A stretch of 64,000 nt of DNA, taken from contig CBDCDC010000002.1 of NCBI GenBank assembly GCA_965215195.1, forward strand, positions 3,712,001 to 3,776,000. The letters run 5' to 3'. The notes under the pieces are model-generated. The model worked only from the letters and a program-made list of their open reading frames with translations, was not told the origin of the DNA and ran no database searches. Both the position numbers and the translations under genes were made by a program. The first letter of the stretch is position 1. Each line of letters opens with the position of its first letter. This DNA is from Candidatus Latescibacterota bacterium (GTDB lineage Bacteria; Latescibacterota; UBA2968; UBA8231). This document shows positions 55,890-64,000 of this stretch, in pieces.

Positions 55890-58800
55890 TCAATATCGCG
55901 GGGCTCCTGCCACGATCTGTATGAAGACAGCGAGGACATTGGTGTTGTCGGCACTGCGGAAGGGATCGTCGTACGTTCGGCGATCGAAGGTCACACCAGC
56001 ATTGGCCACAATCTCATAGCCGAAATAGTCGGAGCGATTGGTCATCATGAAGACGTACACATTCTGCTCGAAACTGTTCCAATTGTTGCCATGGTCCTCG
56101 ACGCCATAATTCCACAAGGGCAAACCTTGGGCACCGAGGCGAAAGGTAGTTCGGGGCGTCACATAGTAATTGGCTTTGAGCAACGGAATGACCGTGGTCT
56201 CATCGGCCAGAGGTATGTCGATGATGTCTTGGGTGCGCTTGAGGAAAAGCAGTTTCAGCGCTGGGATGATCTCCAATTTACTCCGGTGCCTCCGCCAAGT
56301 ATAGTCGACGCGGTGAACCGAACTCATAGTGCGAATCGCATTCTTGCGCTGATGGGTTCCGTCGTCCAAAAGGCCCCGCTGCTGCCAGTTGAATTCGTAG
56401 CGGAAGTTGTGATACATTCTCAGGCCGTTGAGCGGACTCAGAAGCGTCTCCAAGTAGAATCTATTGGCCCAGCTATTCTTGTAGTTCAGATTGTCCTCTA
56501 TTAAGATCAGGTCGAACTGTTGTTGGTAGCCGAATCCGGCCAGATGCGTCTTGCCGAAGGGGCTCCTACCAAAGTCCGAGGAGATCAAGACGCGATCCGG
56601 CACAGTGTCCCAAACCCGCTTCAGCGTATTCTCCACCACCAGCCTACCTAGTCCCGGCTGCTCTGCCTTATAGATGAGACGGCCATAGTTCATCAAATTT
56701 TTACCCGCCCCATCCTGCTGGTGGGCATCGAGACTCCCCAGCGAGAAGCTCAGATCCGGCCGCAGATAGTACTTCCCGAACAGATGGTAGCCCGCCAGAT
56801 CCTCGGGATAGGGGTAATCGGGTTCAGGATCGTCCTCCCGGCCATCCGGTCTGTCGTTGTTGTTCAGATCCAAATCGTAGATATAGTCGTCCGATTCCAC
56901 ATCGTACATCAGAAAGGGTTCCCGATAATCCGGCCGCCTATTCCCATTTTTATTTGTATCTGGCCGCCCATCCCCATCCTCGTCCTTGCCGGGGAAAATA
57001 CCATCCGCATCCACTCCCTCGTTGACAAAGCCGGCGATGTACTGCTGGAACCACGAGTCGGGAAAGCGATCGTTGTCGTCGTTGTCGTCCACCATCATCA
57101 AGCGCATGGTACTGTTGAAGTGGGGTACAGCCGGCGTTCCCAACACTACTAATTCCGTGCTGTAATTCGGTCCCATGTGGAAGAATTCGCCTCCCCAGTC
57201 GAAGCGCTCGTGCTCCTTGCGCACCACCAGATAATACGCTTCACCTTTCTGGTCGAAGCGCTTGCCAAAGCGCATGGCCGTGCTGGGATCGGGTCCGACC
57301 ACACCATCGGGGTACTGGAAGTAGTGCCGGCTCCTCGCGTACTCCCCGTCAATTTTTAGCCCGAAGATATTGGTGCTGAAATCGGCACCCAAGATCTCCA
57401 TCCCGGTCTGCGTACCAATGTCGAATGAAATGCGCTTTGCGTTTGACCGGTCTTGGACATTCCCCGCGGCGCGCTCCACCACGCGAAAGAGCGTGGGCTG
57501 GCCATAGCGCTGCGTATAGGGGCTTTCAAGCGGCGCGTACGGGTCATCAAGGTCCACCCTTCTATTCCTAGCCACAGTTCCCACCTCAATTTTGTAATCG
57601 TTGGCGACCACGGCGTCGAAGGAAACGGATTGAACGTAGCCTTCTCCCGCCAAGTTGAAGTAATAGACCACGAAGTCGTCGCCAGAGACCTCTATAGGAC
57701 CTGTTTCGTCGGTGCGCCAGCGGAAAGACTGGTCCAGCGGTCTATAGATGTTGTTGAGGGCGTTGTTGCGAATCAGGATGGCACGCACCTCATCTTCAGT
57801 AAATCGCTCCCCCAAGATCGCATCGGCGTTATTGCGGTAGTAGTTCCTGCTCGTCGATGCTTCCGGTTGCAGATTCACCGCCAGGTGCCACGGCTCCTCA
57901 ATGGGAAATTCTACGCCCCTCCATACGTACGTCGTAAACTGGCGTTCAGGATCTACCGGATCATTTAACCTTAGATCCTTGAAGAAGAGGTAGTCCATGT
58001 AGAGCGGTGCTTCGTTGATGCGGTACTGCATATAGGTGGGCTCGGTCGGGACCGAGGAAGTAAAGGCCGCCGACAGCTCGGCATAGGTGTTGCGCACTAA
58101 CCCCTGTGCGCCGAACCGGCCCACCGAGGACTCGGTGATGCCGTCAATGTGCTCGACGATATCCGGGACGATGTCCTTGCGGGGAATTCCGTTGACCAAG
58201 ATGTTCAACTCGACGATGTAGGGACCTCCCCGGTCGTCCTCGGGTGAATCATCCGAAAATTTGACGGCGATAATTTCTGGGTATGGCTGGTTGTGGCGCA
58301 GCACTCCTTTGCGGGAGAAAGTGTGGCCGTACGCATCGCTGAAGCTCTCGTGCTGGTTGACATACGTCAGACCCAAATTCAGCAGGCCGACCCGCCGCTC
58401 AAAGTGAAAGGCCCCCATCCGCACCGTGTTCCAGTTCATGAATAGTGCCGAGAGATCGTCGCGTTTTGTACCCACGTCAATTCTGAAGCCGCGAAAGGCG
58501 TTGACTTTCAGGGTCAGCGGCGTGAAGCGCCCCCGCAACTCCTGAGCAATGGTCAGGCCCGCCCACCACCGGTTGGTCTGCTCCGAGACGGTTAGCACAT
58601 CCTCGAAATAGCGCCGATAGGTCGACTGTTCGCGCCCGGGATAGTTGTAGAGATCGCCTGTCACCCGCAGTATCGACGATCCCTGTCTTTGGGGCCCCAG
58701 ACCGGTGGTTTCCACCCAGTCGTAACCGGGGATCCCATAGACTAAGCGATTCCCCAGCGGCCCGTAGAAATACTGCTTGGGATCGCGGTAGGGAGAAAGG

Positions 58801-59051
58801 ATGGTCGAATAGTTTTTATACCTCTTTTCTGCGTGGGCATAATTCTCGTAAGGTTCCCAATCTCTCCGCAGAAACATCCGCTCGGGCTGGATTCGCGGCA
58901 CCTCCGGAATGTCGATTCCCGTGCGCGGTCCCCAACTCTCCGCGGTGCCGCTGGACGGACTTGCAGAGATCAGGACAGCGAGCAAAACCCAGCTTTCGAC
59001 AAGCAGCACTGGCCCGCTAAAGGAAAACCTTTTGCGCCAATCGTTTAACAC
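55890..59051 (-). CDS. Large secreted, predicted outer-membrane beta-barrel protein with acidic Ca-binding insert (paralog A)
   Basis: Signal-like N-terminus; amphipathic strands; VDDNDDNDRFPD...GIFPGKDEDGDGRPDTNKNGN...DLNNN...DYPY; ends VFIQIVAGAPRY. Confidence 0.65.
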   Translation of the reverse strand: MLNDWRKRFSFSGPVLLVESWVLLAVLISASPSSGTAESWGPRTGIDIPEVPRIQPERMFLRRDWEPYENYAHAEKRYKNYSTILSPYRDPKQYFYGPLGNRLVYGIPGYDWVETTGLGPQRQGSSILRVTGDLYNYPGREQSTYRRYFEDVLTVSEQTNRWWAGLTIAQELRGRFTPLTLKVNAFRGFRIDVGTKRDDLSALFMNWNTVRMGAFHFERRVGLLNLGLTYVNQHESFSDAYGHTFSRKGVLRHNQPYPEIIAVKFSDDSPEDDRGGPYIVELNILVNGIPRKDIVPDIVEHIDGITESSVGRFGAQGLVRNTYAELSAAFTSSVPTEPTYMQYRINEAPLYMDYLFFKDLRLNDPVDPERQFTTYVWRGVEFPIEEPWHLAVNLQPEASTSRNYYRNNADAILGERFTEDEVRAILIRNNALNNIYRPLDQSFRWRTDETGPIEVSGDDFVVYYFNLAGEGYVQSVSFDAVVANDYKIEVGTVARNRRVDLDDPYAPLESPYTQRYGQPTLFRVVERAAGNVQDRSNAKRISFDIGTQTGMEILGADFSTNIFGLKIDGEYARSRHYFQYPDGVVGPDPSTAMRFGKRFDQKGEAYYLVVRKEHERFDWGGEFFHMGPNYSTELVVLGTPAVPHFNSTMRLMMVDDNDDNDRFPDSWFQQYIAGFVNEGVDADGIFPGKDEDGDGRPDTNKNGNRRPDYREPFLMYDVESDDYIYDLDLNNNDRPDGREDDPEPDYPYPEDLAGYHLFGKYYLRPDLSFSLGSLDAHQQDGAGKNLMNYGRLIYKAEQPGLGRLVVENTLKRVWDTVPDRVLISSDFGRSPFGKTHLAGFGYQQQFDLILIEDNLNYKNSWANRFYLETLLSPLNGLRMYHNFRYEFNWQQRGLLDDGTHQRKNAIRTMSSVHRVDYTWRRHRSKLEIIPALKLLFLKRTQDIIDIPLADETTVIPLLKANYYVTPRTTFRLGAQGLPLWNYGVEDHGNNWNSFEQNVYVFMMTNRSDYFGYEIVANAGVTFDRRTYDDPFRSADNTNVLAVFIQIVAGAPRY

Positions 59052-59060
59052 GGCCTTTTC

Positions 59061-61886
59061 CTAGATGACCGGACGGAGTCCGACTAAAGCCCGAAAAAAG
59101 AATATGGACGTATCTACGTTATTCAGGGCCTGTCTGGGGGAATTGAATTCCCTCTTCTGTATCTGATAGCCCATGTTGAAGTTCACCCTGTACCCCTGAT
59201 AGGTAAAAGTATTGGCGAGTATGAAAACATAGTCCTCACTCGCAAAGTCCCTATTTGAATTGACCAAGTCGAGGGAACGGCTCTGTAGAAAGGGAAAGCC
59301 CTGGGCTCCTAGGCGAACGCTCGTCAAGGAGGTCATATCCCAATCGAGGCGCAGAATGGGATAGAAAAATATCTCGTGCAGCACTGGAACCTGCCACCGA
59401 TCATTGGTCAACTTCTGTCCCATTACCTTCACTTGGGGGGTGATTCGCACATCCCGCAACACACCCGACAGATCCAAGGGATACTCTCCCTTGACGACAG
59501 AAGTCAGCCTGACGATGCGGTTGGACTTGCGTCCTTGCTGGGCAAATTGGCGATTGAAGTCGTGCTTGAAATCGAGGTGGATGTTGAGGGGTTTGGCACC
59601 GTCAAAATCCAAGGCGGCATAGGCGGTATTGACGAAACTATCCTTCATGCGCAGAGGATCTTCTATCAGGTCAATGGTCAACCCAGCACCGGTCAGCCGA
59701 CCGCTGATATCTTCCTGCAGTTCAAAGGTGGCATTGCGGGGAAACTGGAAGACGTTATCCCGGATGTCGTCCTCTACCCTCTTGGCGAAGTCAATCAGGG
59801 TAAGGCGACCCCAAAAGGGAAGATAGCGGGTGTGTTCCGCCTTGGCGTAAAAGACCCTATTCTCGTCCCCGGCTGCGATCTGCTCCGTGTTATAGTGCCC
59901 CACTTTGAGCGTCGTTCCCGGCCAAGGACGGAAAGACGCAAATAGGTGAAACCCTTCGAGGTCCTTATTGTAGGGATAGTCCGCATCGGGATTGTTCTCC
60001 CGGATGTCGATGACTCCGTTGTTGTTCAAATCATCGCCGTAGTCGTACTCTGCGGGATTGACGTCGAAGAGCAGAAAGGGCTCCAGATAGTCGGGGATGC
60101 CATTGTTGTTTATATTGGTCTCTGGCCGGCCGTCTTGGTCGATATCTAGTCCCGGGAAAATTCCATCCAGATCCCTCCGGCTCCTGATGTAATGCTCATC
60201 TGGAAAGCGGTCCTTGTCGTCGTTGTCCTCCACTGTATCGAAGATCAGGGTTCCATTGAGCGAACTCTGGTTGAACCCATCAATGCCTTTCAATCCGCCG
60301 TCAATCTCGCTGTCCAAGGGTGCAAAGGGCAAGGTGACAAAGCTCTGATAGCTAGGATCTTGCACCTGCAAGGAGGTGCCGTATTCCGGGTCTATACGGA
60401 ATAATTCGCCCCCGAATTCCACACCGTCCCGGTCCACGACGGCATTGATGAAATACGCTTCGCCGCGGCGATCGCTCCGCTTCCCTTTGGATACTGGAAA
60501 CTGGCGAAAATCGTAGCTGAGATCGTACTCCGCTTTCACAAAGAGATCCTCCACCGCAAAATCCGCGTGGACTCCGCCCAGCATCCTCCCCGTCTGGCGG
60601 CCGTGCCGGAACTCCACCACCCTCAGATTGGAGAGATCTTGTACTTTGCCTAGCGCGTGGGCGACGTCGTAGAAGTAAAGTGCCCTGTTGCGGTCCCGCG
60701 GACTTCGATCCCTCCGCGCCCTAGTGGGATCGTTGGCATAGACCTCGGACAGGCTGATCCGATAGTCGTTGCCCACCTTGACTTTGAACCGCACATCGTC
60801 GATATCCTCCTCGCTCAGCGGCACCCAGTAAAGAAGGAATTCTTTGCCGTGCGCTTCCAGATAACCCTTTTCTCCTGAGAAGTCCTCGGGCAGCAAGCCG
60901 TTGACGAATTCCACATAGGGCGGTATTTCCCGCCCCAATTCCCGCAGGAATTCCTTGTCGCCGTTGGGAAAGGCTGGATCAATGTCCTCGCGGTGATGCC
61001 GGGTCACGACGATGCGTTGGGTATCGTCAATTCCCGCCGCTGCAACAGCATCCGAATACACCTTCAATTCTGGTCGCAGTTGGCCGTTGATATAGACCTC
61101 GAAATCGTATACTCGGGGCCCTCCGCCATCGTCTATCGACCCATCTGCAAACTTCACCACCAAATAATCAACCGGCTGGATATTCCCCGGCGTCGCTCCC
61201 CTGAAATCCCAACCACCCCATTCCATCAGACTGTTGACGCGATACTGATTGACCCACACGAGTCCTAGCTTCAGTGCGCCAACCTCGGTTTGCAAATGCG
61301 AGCCCAGCAAATAGGTGGCAAATAAGGGGGGCCGAGTGCCGAGCGCGCCAAAGTTGTGTTGCTTGTTATCGGCGTTTGCGTTCACGTCAAAGATGGGATA
61401 GTCCAGACGCGAGGAGATCAGGGTGAAGTCGGACTGGGGCAGGTTCATGTCCCAACGAATGCCGTTCATGGCCGCCAAGTCTAGGGTCAGGGAGGTAAAT
61501 TTGGTGCGGATATTGTCGCCGACGATCAGAGAAGTGTTAATTTTTCCGTAGGAATCAGAGGAGACTGAAAGCCGACTGAGGTAGTCTTTGAAATACCGGC
61601 TTTTGTCGATGACACTTCCCGGCTCAGGGTCGAGAGTGCGCGACTCGCGCAACCGAAACACTTCGATGCCCTCGACGACAAAATTGCCCAACTCGTCGAA
61701 GACGAGATCTTCGGGACGGACCAAATAAGAGCGCGGCCAGTGTTTGTACGGTTCTCGGGCATGGGTGATATATCCCTCGCCCGGCCGGTAGAGAAAAAGC
61801 CCCGGTCCCCGTACATGGGCGCTGCTCTCCCCAACCCACACCAAGGCCAGAGCGCCTAACGCTAAAAAAGCCCTCGTCTTGCTCAT
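59061..61886 (-). CDS. Large secreted, predicted outer-membrane beta-barrel protein with acidic Ca-binding insert (paralog B)
   Basis: Signal MSKTRAFLALGALALVWVGESSA; VEDNDDKDRFPD...GIFPGLDIDQDGRPETNINNNGIPDY...GDDLNNNG...DYPY; ends FFFRALVGLRPVI. Confidence 0.65.
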   Translation of the reverse strand: MSKTRAFLALGALALVWVGESSAHVRGPGLFLYRPGEGYITHAREPYKHWPRSYLVRPEDLVFDELGNFVVEGIEVFRLRESRTLDPEPGSVIDKSRYFKDYLSRLSVSSDSYGKINTSLIVGDNIRTKFTSLTLDLAAMNGIRWDMNLPQSDFTLISSRLDYPIFDVNANADNKQHNFGALGTRPPLFATYLLGSHLQTEVGALKLGLVWVNQYRVNSLMEWGGWDFRGATPGNIQPVDYLVVKFADGSIDDGGGPRVYDFEVYINGQLRPELKVYSDAVAAAGIDDTQRIVVTRHHREDIDPAFPNGDKEFLRELGREIPPYVEFVNGLLPEDFSGEKGYLEAHGKEFLLYWVPLSEEDIDDVRFKVKVGNDYRISLSEVYANDPTRARRDRSPRDRNRALYFYDVAHALGKVQDLSNLRVVEFRHGRQTGRMLGGVHADFAVEDLFVKAEYDLSYDFRQFPVSKGKRSDRRGEAYFINAVVDRDGVEFGGELFRIDPEYGTSLQVQDPSYQSFVTLPFAPLDSEIDGGLKGIDGFNQSSLNGTLIFDTVEDNDDKDRFPDEHYIRSRRDLDGIFPGLDIDQDGRPETNINNNGIPDYLEPFLLFDVNPAEYDYGDDLNNNGVIDIRENNPDADYPYNKDLEGFHLFASFRPWPGTTLKVGHYNTEQIAAGDENRVFYAKAEHTRYLPFWGRLTLIDFAKRVEDDIRDNVFQFPRNATFELQEDISGRLTGAGLTIDLIEDPLRMKDSFVNTAYAALDFDGAKPLNIHLDFKHDFNRQFAQQGRKSNRIVRLTSVVKGEYPLDLSGVLRDVRITPQVKVMGQKLTNDRWQVPVLHEIFFYPILRLDWDMTSLTSVRLGAQGFPFLQSRSLDLVNSNRDFASEDYVFILANTFTYQGYRVNFNMGYQIQKREFNSPRQALNNVDTSIFFFRALVGLRPVI

Positions 61887-61893
61887 AGCAACT

Positions 61894-64000
61894 CTATCCG
61901 ATGCGCAAGCGGATGAAATAGCGGACGGCACCGACATCCACGCGGTGTGAGGAGGAAGGATAGCGGTCAAAATTTTTCTGGTACCCGATGTTGGTACTCA
62001 CATCCACTCCGCGGAAGTTGCCGAGATTTTCCAGAACCAAGATGTAGTACCAAGAATCTCGATCCAAAAAAGGCCGCACCAAGTCTCGATGCTTCTCCCG
62101 CAGTGGCCATCCGAGGATCCCCCCTCGCAGCACGGTATGCGCTGCCAAATGGTAATCTCCCCTTGCGATCGGCGTCAGTGTATACGCGTGTCTCTGCAAA
62201 CTAAATAGTTCGGCCTTGGTCCGGTTGAAGACTGCCTTAAACATCGGACCGAAGCCGAAGCTATCGCCTATGTACCAGGTGTAATCGACCCTACCCACAT
62301 ACCCCATAGTCGTTATGCGGCTGTCCGGCTGAAAGAAATCCCCAGCGGTCAATTCCCGCTGGTCGTTGACTTCCACGAGAATATCATTGTAGATGTTCAA
62401 GTGCGGCAGCTCGTCCGTGTTGACATGAGTCCCCACCACGAGGGTATTCTGCAGACTGTTGCGCAGCAGCAGGCGATCCGGCAATACTTGGTACCGGCCG
62501 CCGCCGCCGAATTGGTACAGATCATTGCTAATATCGTCCCGTACTCTCTTGCCGTAGTAGCCCACCTGCAGCCGGCCAAGCCTCGGCCAGCGCCGCTGAT
62601 AGTTGGTCTTTACATAGGTGGTCAAATCCCGGCCACCGCTATCCGGTTGGCGCATATCGTAGTGGCCGACTCGCACCCACGCATGCTGTTGGGAAGTAAA
62701 AGGACGATAGGTGATAAAAAAATGACCGCCGCGACTATCGTGATCGTAGGGATAATCCGACCGATTGTCGTTCTCCCACCCATCCACCAGACCGTTATTG
62801 TTGAAATCGTCGCCGAACACAAAGGGCTGGTCGTAATAGGTTAGAACCTTGTCCGCTCCGTTGTACCAAGTATTGTCCCGAACTCCATCGTTATCTACAT
62901 CTAGGCCGGGAAAAACTCCGAATCCCAGACCGGCCCCCGGGGCCGGCGTCATGTTAAGCGAGGCAAAATCGCGCTCCTGCTCCCAGCGGTCGGGCCATTC
63001 ATCCCGGTCGTCGTTGTCGTCCACCAAGTCAAAGGGGGCGATGACATTTTGCCGGGGGTTCTGCATTAGGGCTTGAAAAGAAGTGGCAAAGCCCGAAGGC
63101 AAACTCACATACTCGAACCCGAGGTCCCAACGGCCCAGGTCCCGAAACCCATTGAGGAAATAGGCGTCCTCATTCGCGGAAAGACGCTTGCCCTCTCCCG
63201 ACGGGAACTTGAAGTAGGAGGTATTGCGGACGAATTCGCCCCAAGCGCGGAAGCCCAAGACTTTGGCCTCGAAATTCATCCCGTAGAGAATCATACCCGT
63301 CGGGAATCCATAGTGGAACGCGATCCACCCCATATTGCCGCGGTCCTTGGCATTGTTCTCGGCCCGCTTTGCAGTGTGCCAATCCCGCCATTGGACGTCG
63401 GTGCCGATCCAGTTTAGGGCGCTGGCCACATCCACCACGTAGTCCCCTGCGGCCAGCGCCCTGAAATGCACCTTCTCGGAACCCGGAGGAATCTCAAAGC
63501 GATAGACCAGAATATCCGTCTCATCTACTTGTAAGAAAGGAACGCCATCGTGGCTTACGGGTTCTCCTTCCCTAAAGAACAGCCCGCCGCTGGTAAAATT
63601 GCTGAGCTGACCGCTGCGCGTGTACCCCTCCCTGACGATTTCCTCCATCTGATAATTCTGGATTAGCCACGAAGGTCTGTCCGCCCGATGGAGCGCGATC
63701 TCACTGGTTCCCCGCCCGATGGTCCTGTTGGCAGCGCCTATAAGTTCGGGCACCGAGTGAATCATTCGGATCATCGGCTCGATATCGTCCCGCCTCTCGC
63801 CGTCGACGTATAGCTCCATGCGATAGACGCGTGGCCCTTCTTTGTCCCAATGGGAATCATCGCTGACTAAGACGAATACCGACTTGCCCTCGTCGAGAGC
63901 GGAAAAGGGAACGACTCCCTTGAGCGATCCCTCCTTCCTGCCCGCAATACTGTCGAAATTGTGAACATTGACATAGGTGGAACCCAGTTTGAGCACACTC
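61894..64000 (-). CDS. Same family, paralog C (5' part beyond the window)
   Basis: LKLGSTYVN, SDDS..D..GPRVY, VDDNDDRDEWPD...GVFPGLDVDNDG...GDDFNNNG...DYPY; ends YFIRLRIG; frame open to the edge. Confidence 0.65.
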   Translation of the reverse strand, partial: SVLKLGSTYVNVHNFDSIAGRKEGSLKGVVPFSALDEGKSVFVLVSDDSHWDKEGPRVYRMELYVDGERRDDIEPMIRMIHSVPELIGAANRTIGRGTSEIALHRADRPSWLIQNYQMEEIVREGYTRSGQLSNFTSGGLFFREGEPVSHDGVPFLQVDETDILVYRFEIPPGSEKVHFRALAAGDYVVDVASALNWIGTDVQWRDWHTAKRAENNAKDRGNMGWIAFHYGFPTGMILYGMNFEAKVLGFRAWGEFVRNTSYFKFPSGEGKRLSANEDAYFLNGFRDLGRWDLGFEYVSLPSGFATSFQALMQNPRQNVIAPFDLVDDNDDRDEWPDRWEQERDFASLNMTPAPGAGLGFGVFPGLDVDNDGVRDNTWYNGADKVLTYYDQPFVFGDDFNNNGLVDGWENDNRSDYPYDHDSRGGHFFITYRPFTSQQHAWVRVGHYDMRQPDSGGRDLTTYVKTNYQRRWPRLGRLQVGYYGKRVRDDISNDLYQFGGGGRYQVLPDRLLLRNSLQNTLVVGTHVNTDELPHLNIYNDILVEVNDQRELTAGDFFQPDSRITTMGYVGRVDYTWYIGDSFGFGPMFKAVFNRTKAELFSLQRHAYTLTPIARGDYHLAAHTVLRGGILGWPLREKHRDLVRPFLDRDSWYYILVLENLGNFRGVDVSTNIGYQKNFDRYPSSSHRVDVGAVRYFIRLRIG

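Overview
A 64-kb bacterial chromosomal segment, mostly on the minus strand. The lineage is probably FCB-superphylum and Latescibacterota-like, possibly a host (sponge) symbiont. This is an inference from the PNPFN/FlgD-type C-terminal domains, the TAVEnxSWGxIK tail, DUF6785/CRTAC1 proteins and the PhyH, Gfo/Idh/MocA, NHL, ankyrin and TPR proteins. Layout: (1) 1-4031, a tandem array of secreted NHL/teneurin-like beta-propeller paralogs with conserved framework and hypervariable loops, headed by a collapsed 34-codon remnant unit. (2) 4.2-9.5 kb, a solute-binding protein, a secreted DOMON/CBM9-like protein, a PfkB kinase and PhyH. (3) 9.5-21 kb, housekeeping genes: rplS-trmD-rimM-rpsP-ffh, rpe, PASTA protein, rsmB, recJ, apgM, GDPD. 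(4) 21-35 kb, an L,D-transpeptidase locus with a probably inactive paralog, oxidoreductases, an NRAMP-like transporter, Fic, ankyrin and propeller proteins. (5) 35-64 kb, an apparently lower-GC cell-envelope region: DUF6785, CRTAC1, CsgG-like, TPR, DUF4340, transglutaminase-like, SSS, DUF4159, an Fn3 lipoprotein and at least three tandem ~100 kDa paralogs predicted to be outer-membrane beta-barrels with calcium-binding acidic inserts. Two MITEs with terminal inverted repeats and target-site duplications, a REP-like repeat family and a heptamer repeat are visible. No rRNA, tRNA, CRISPR array, transposase or reverse transcriptase was recognised. Family names come from motif recognition by eye, not from database searches.
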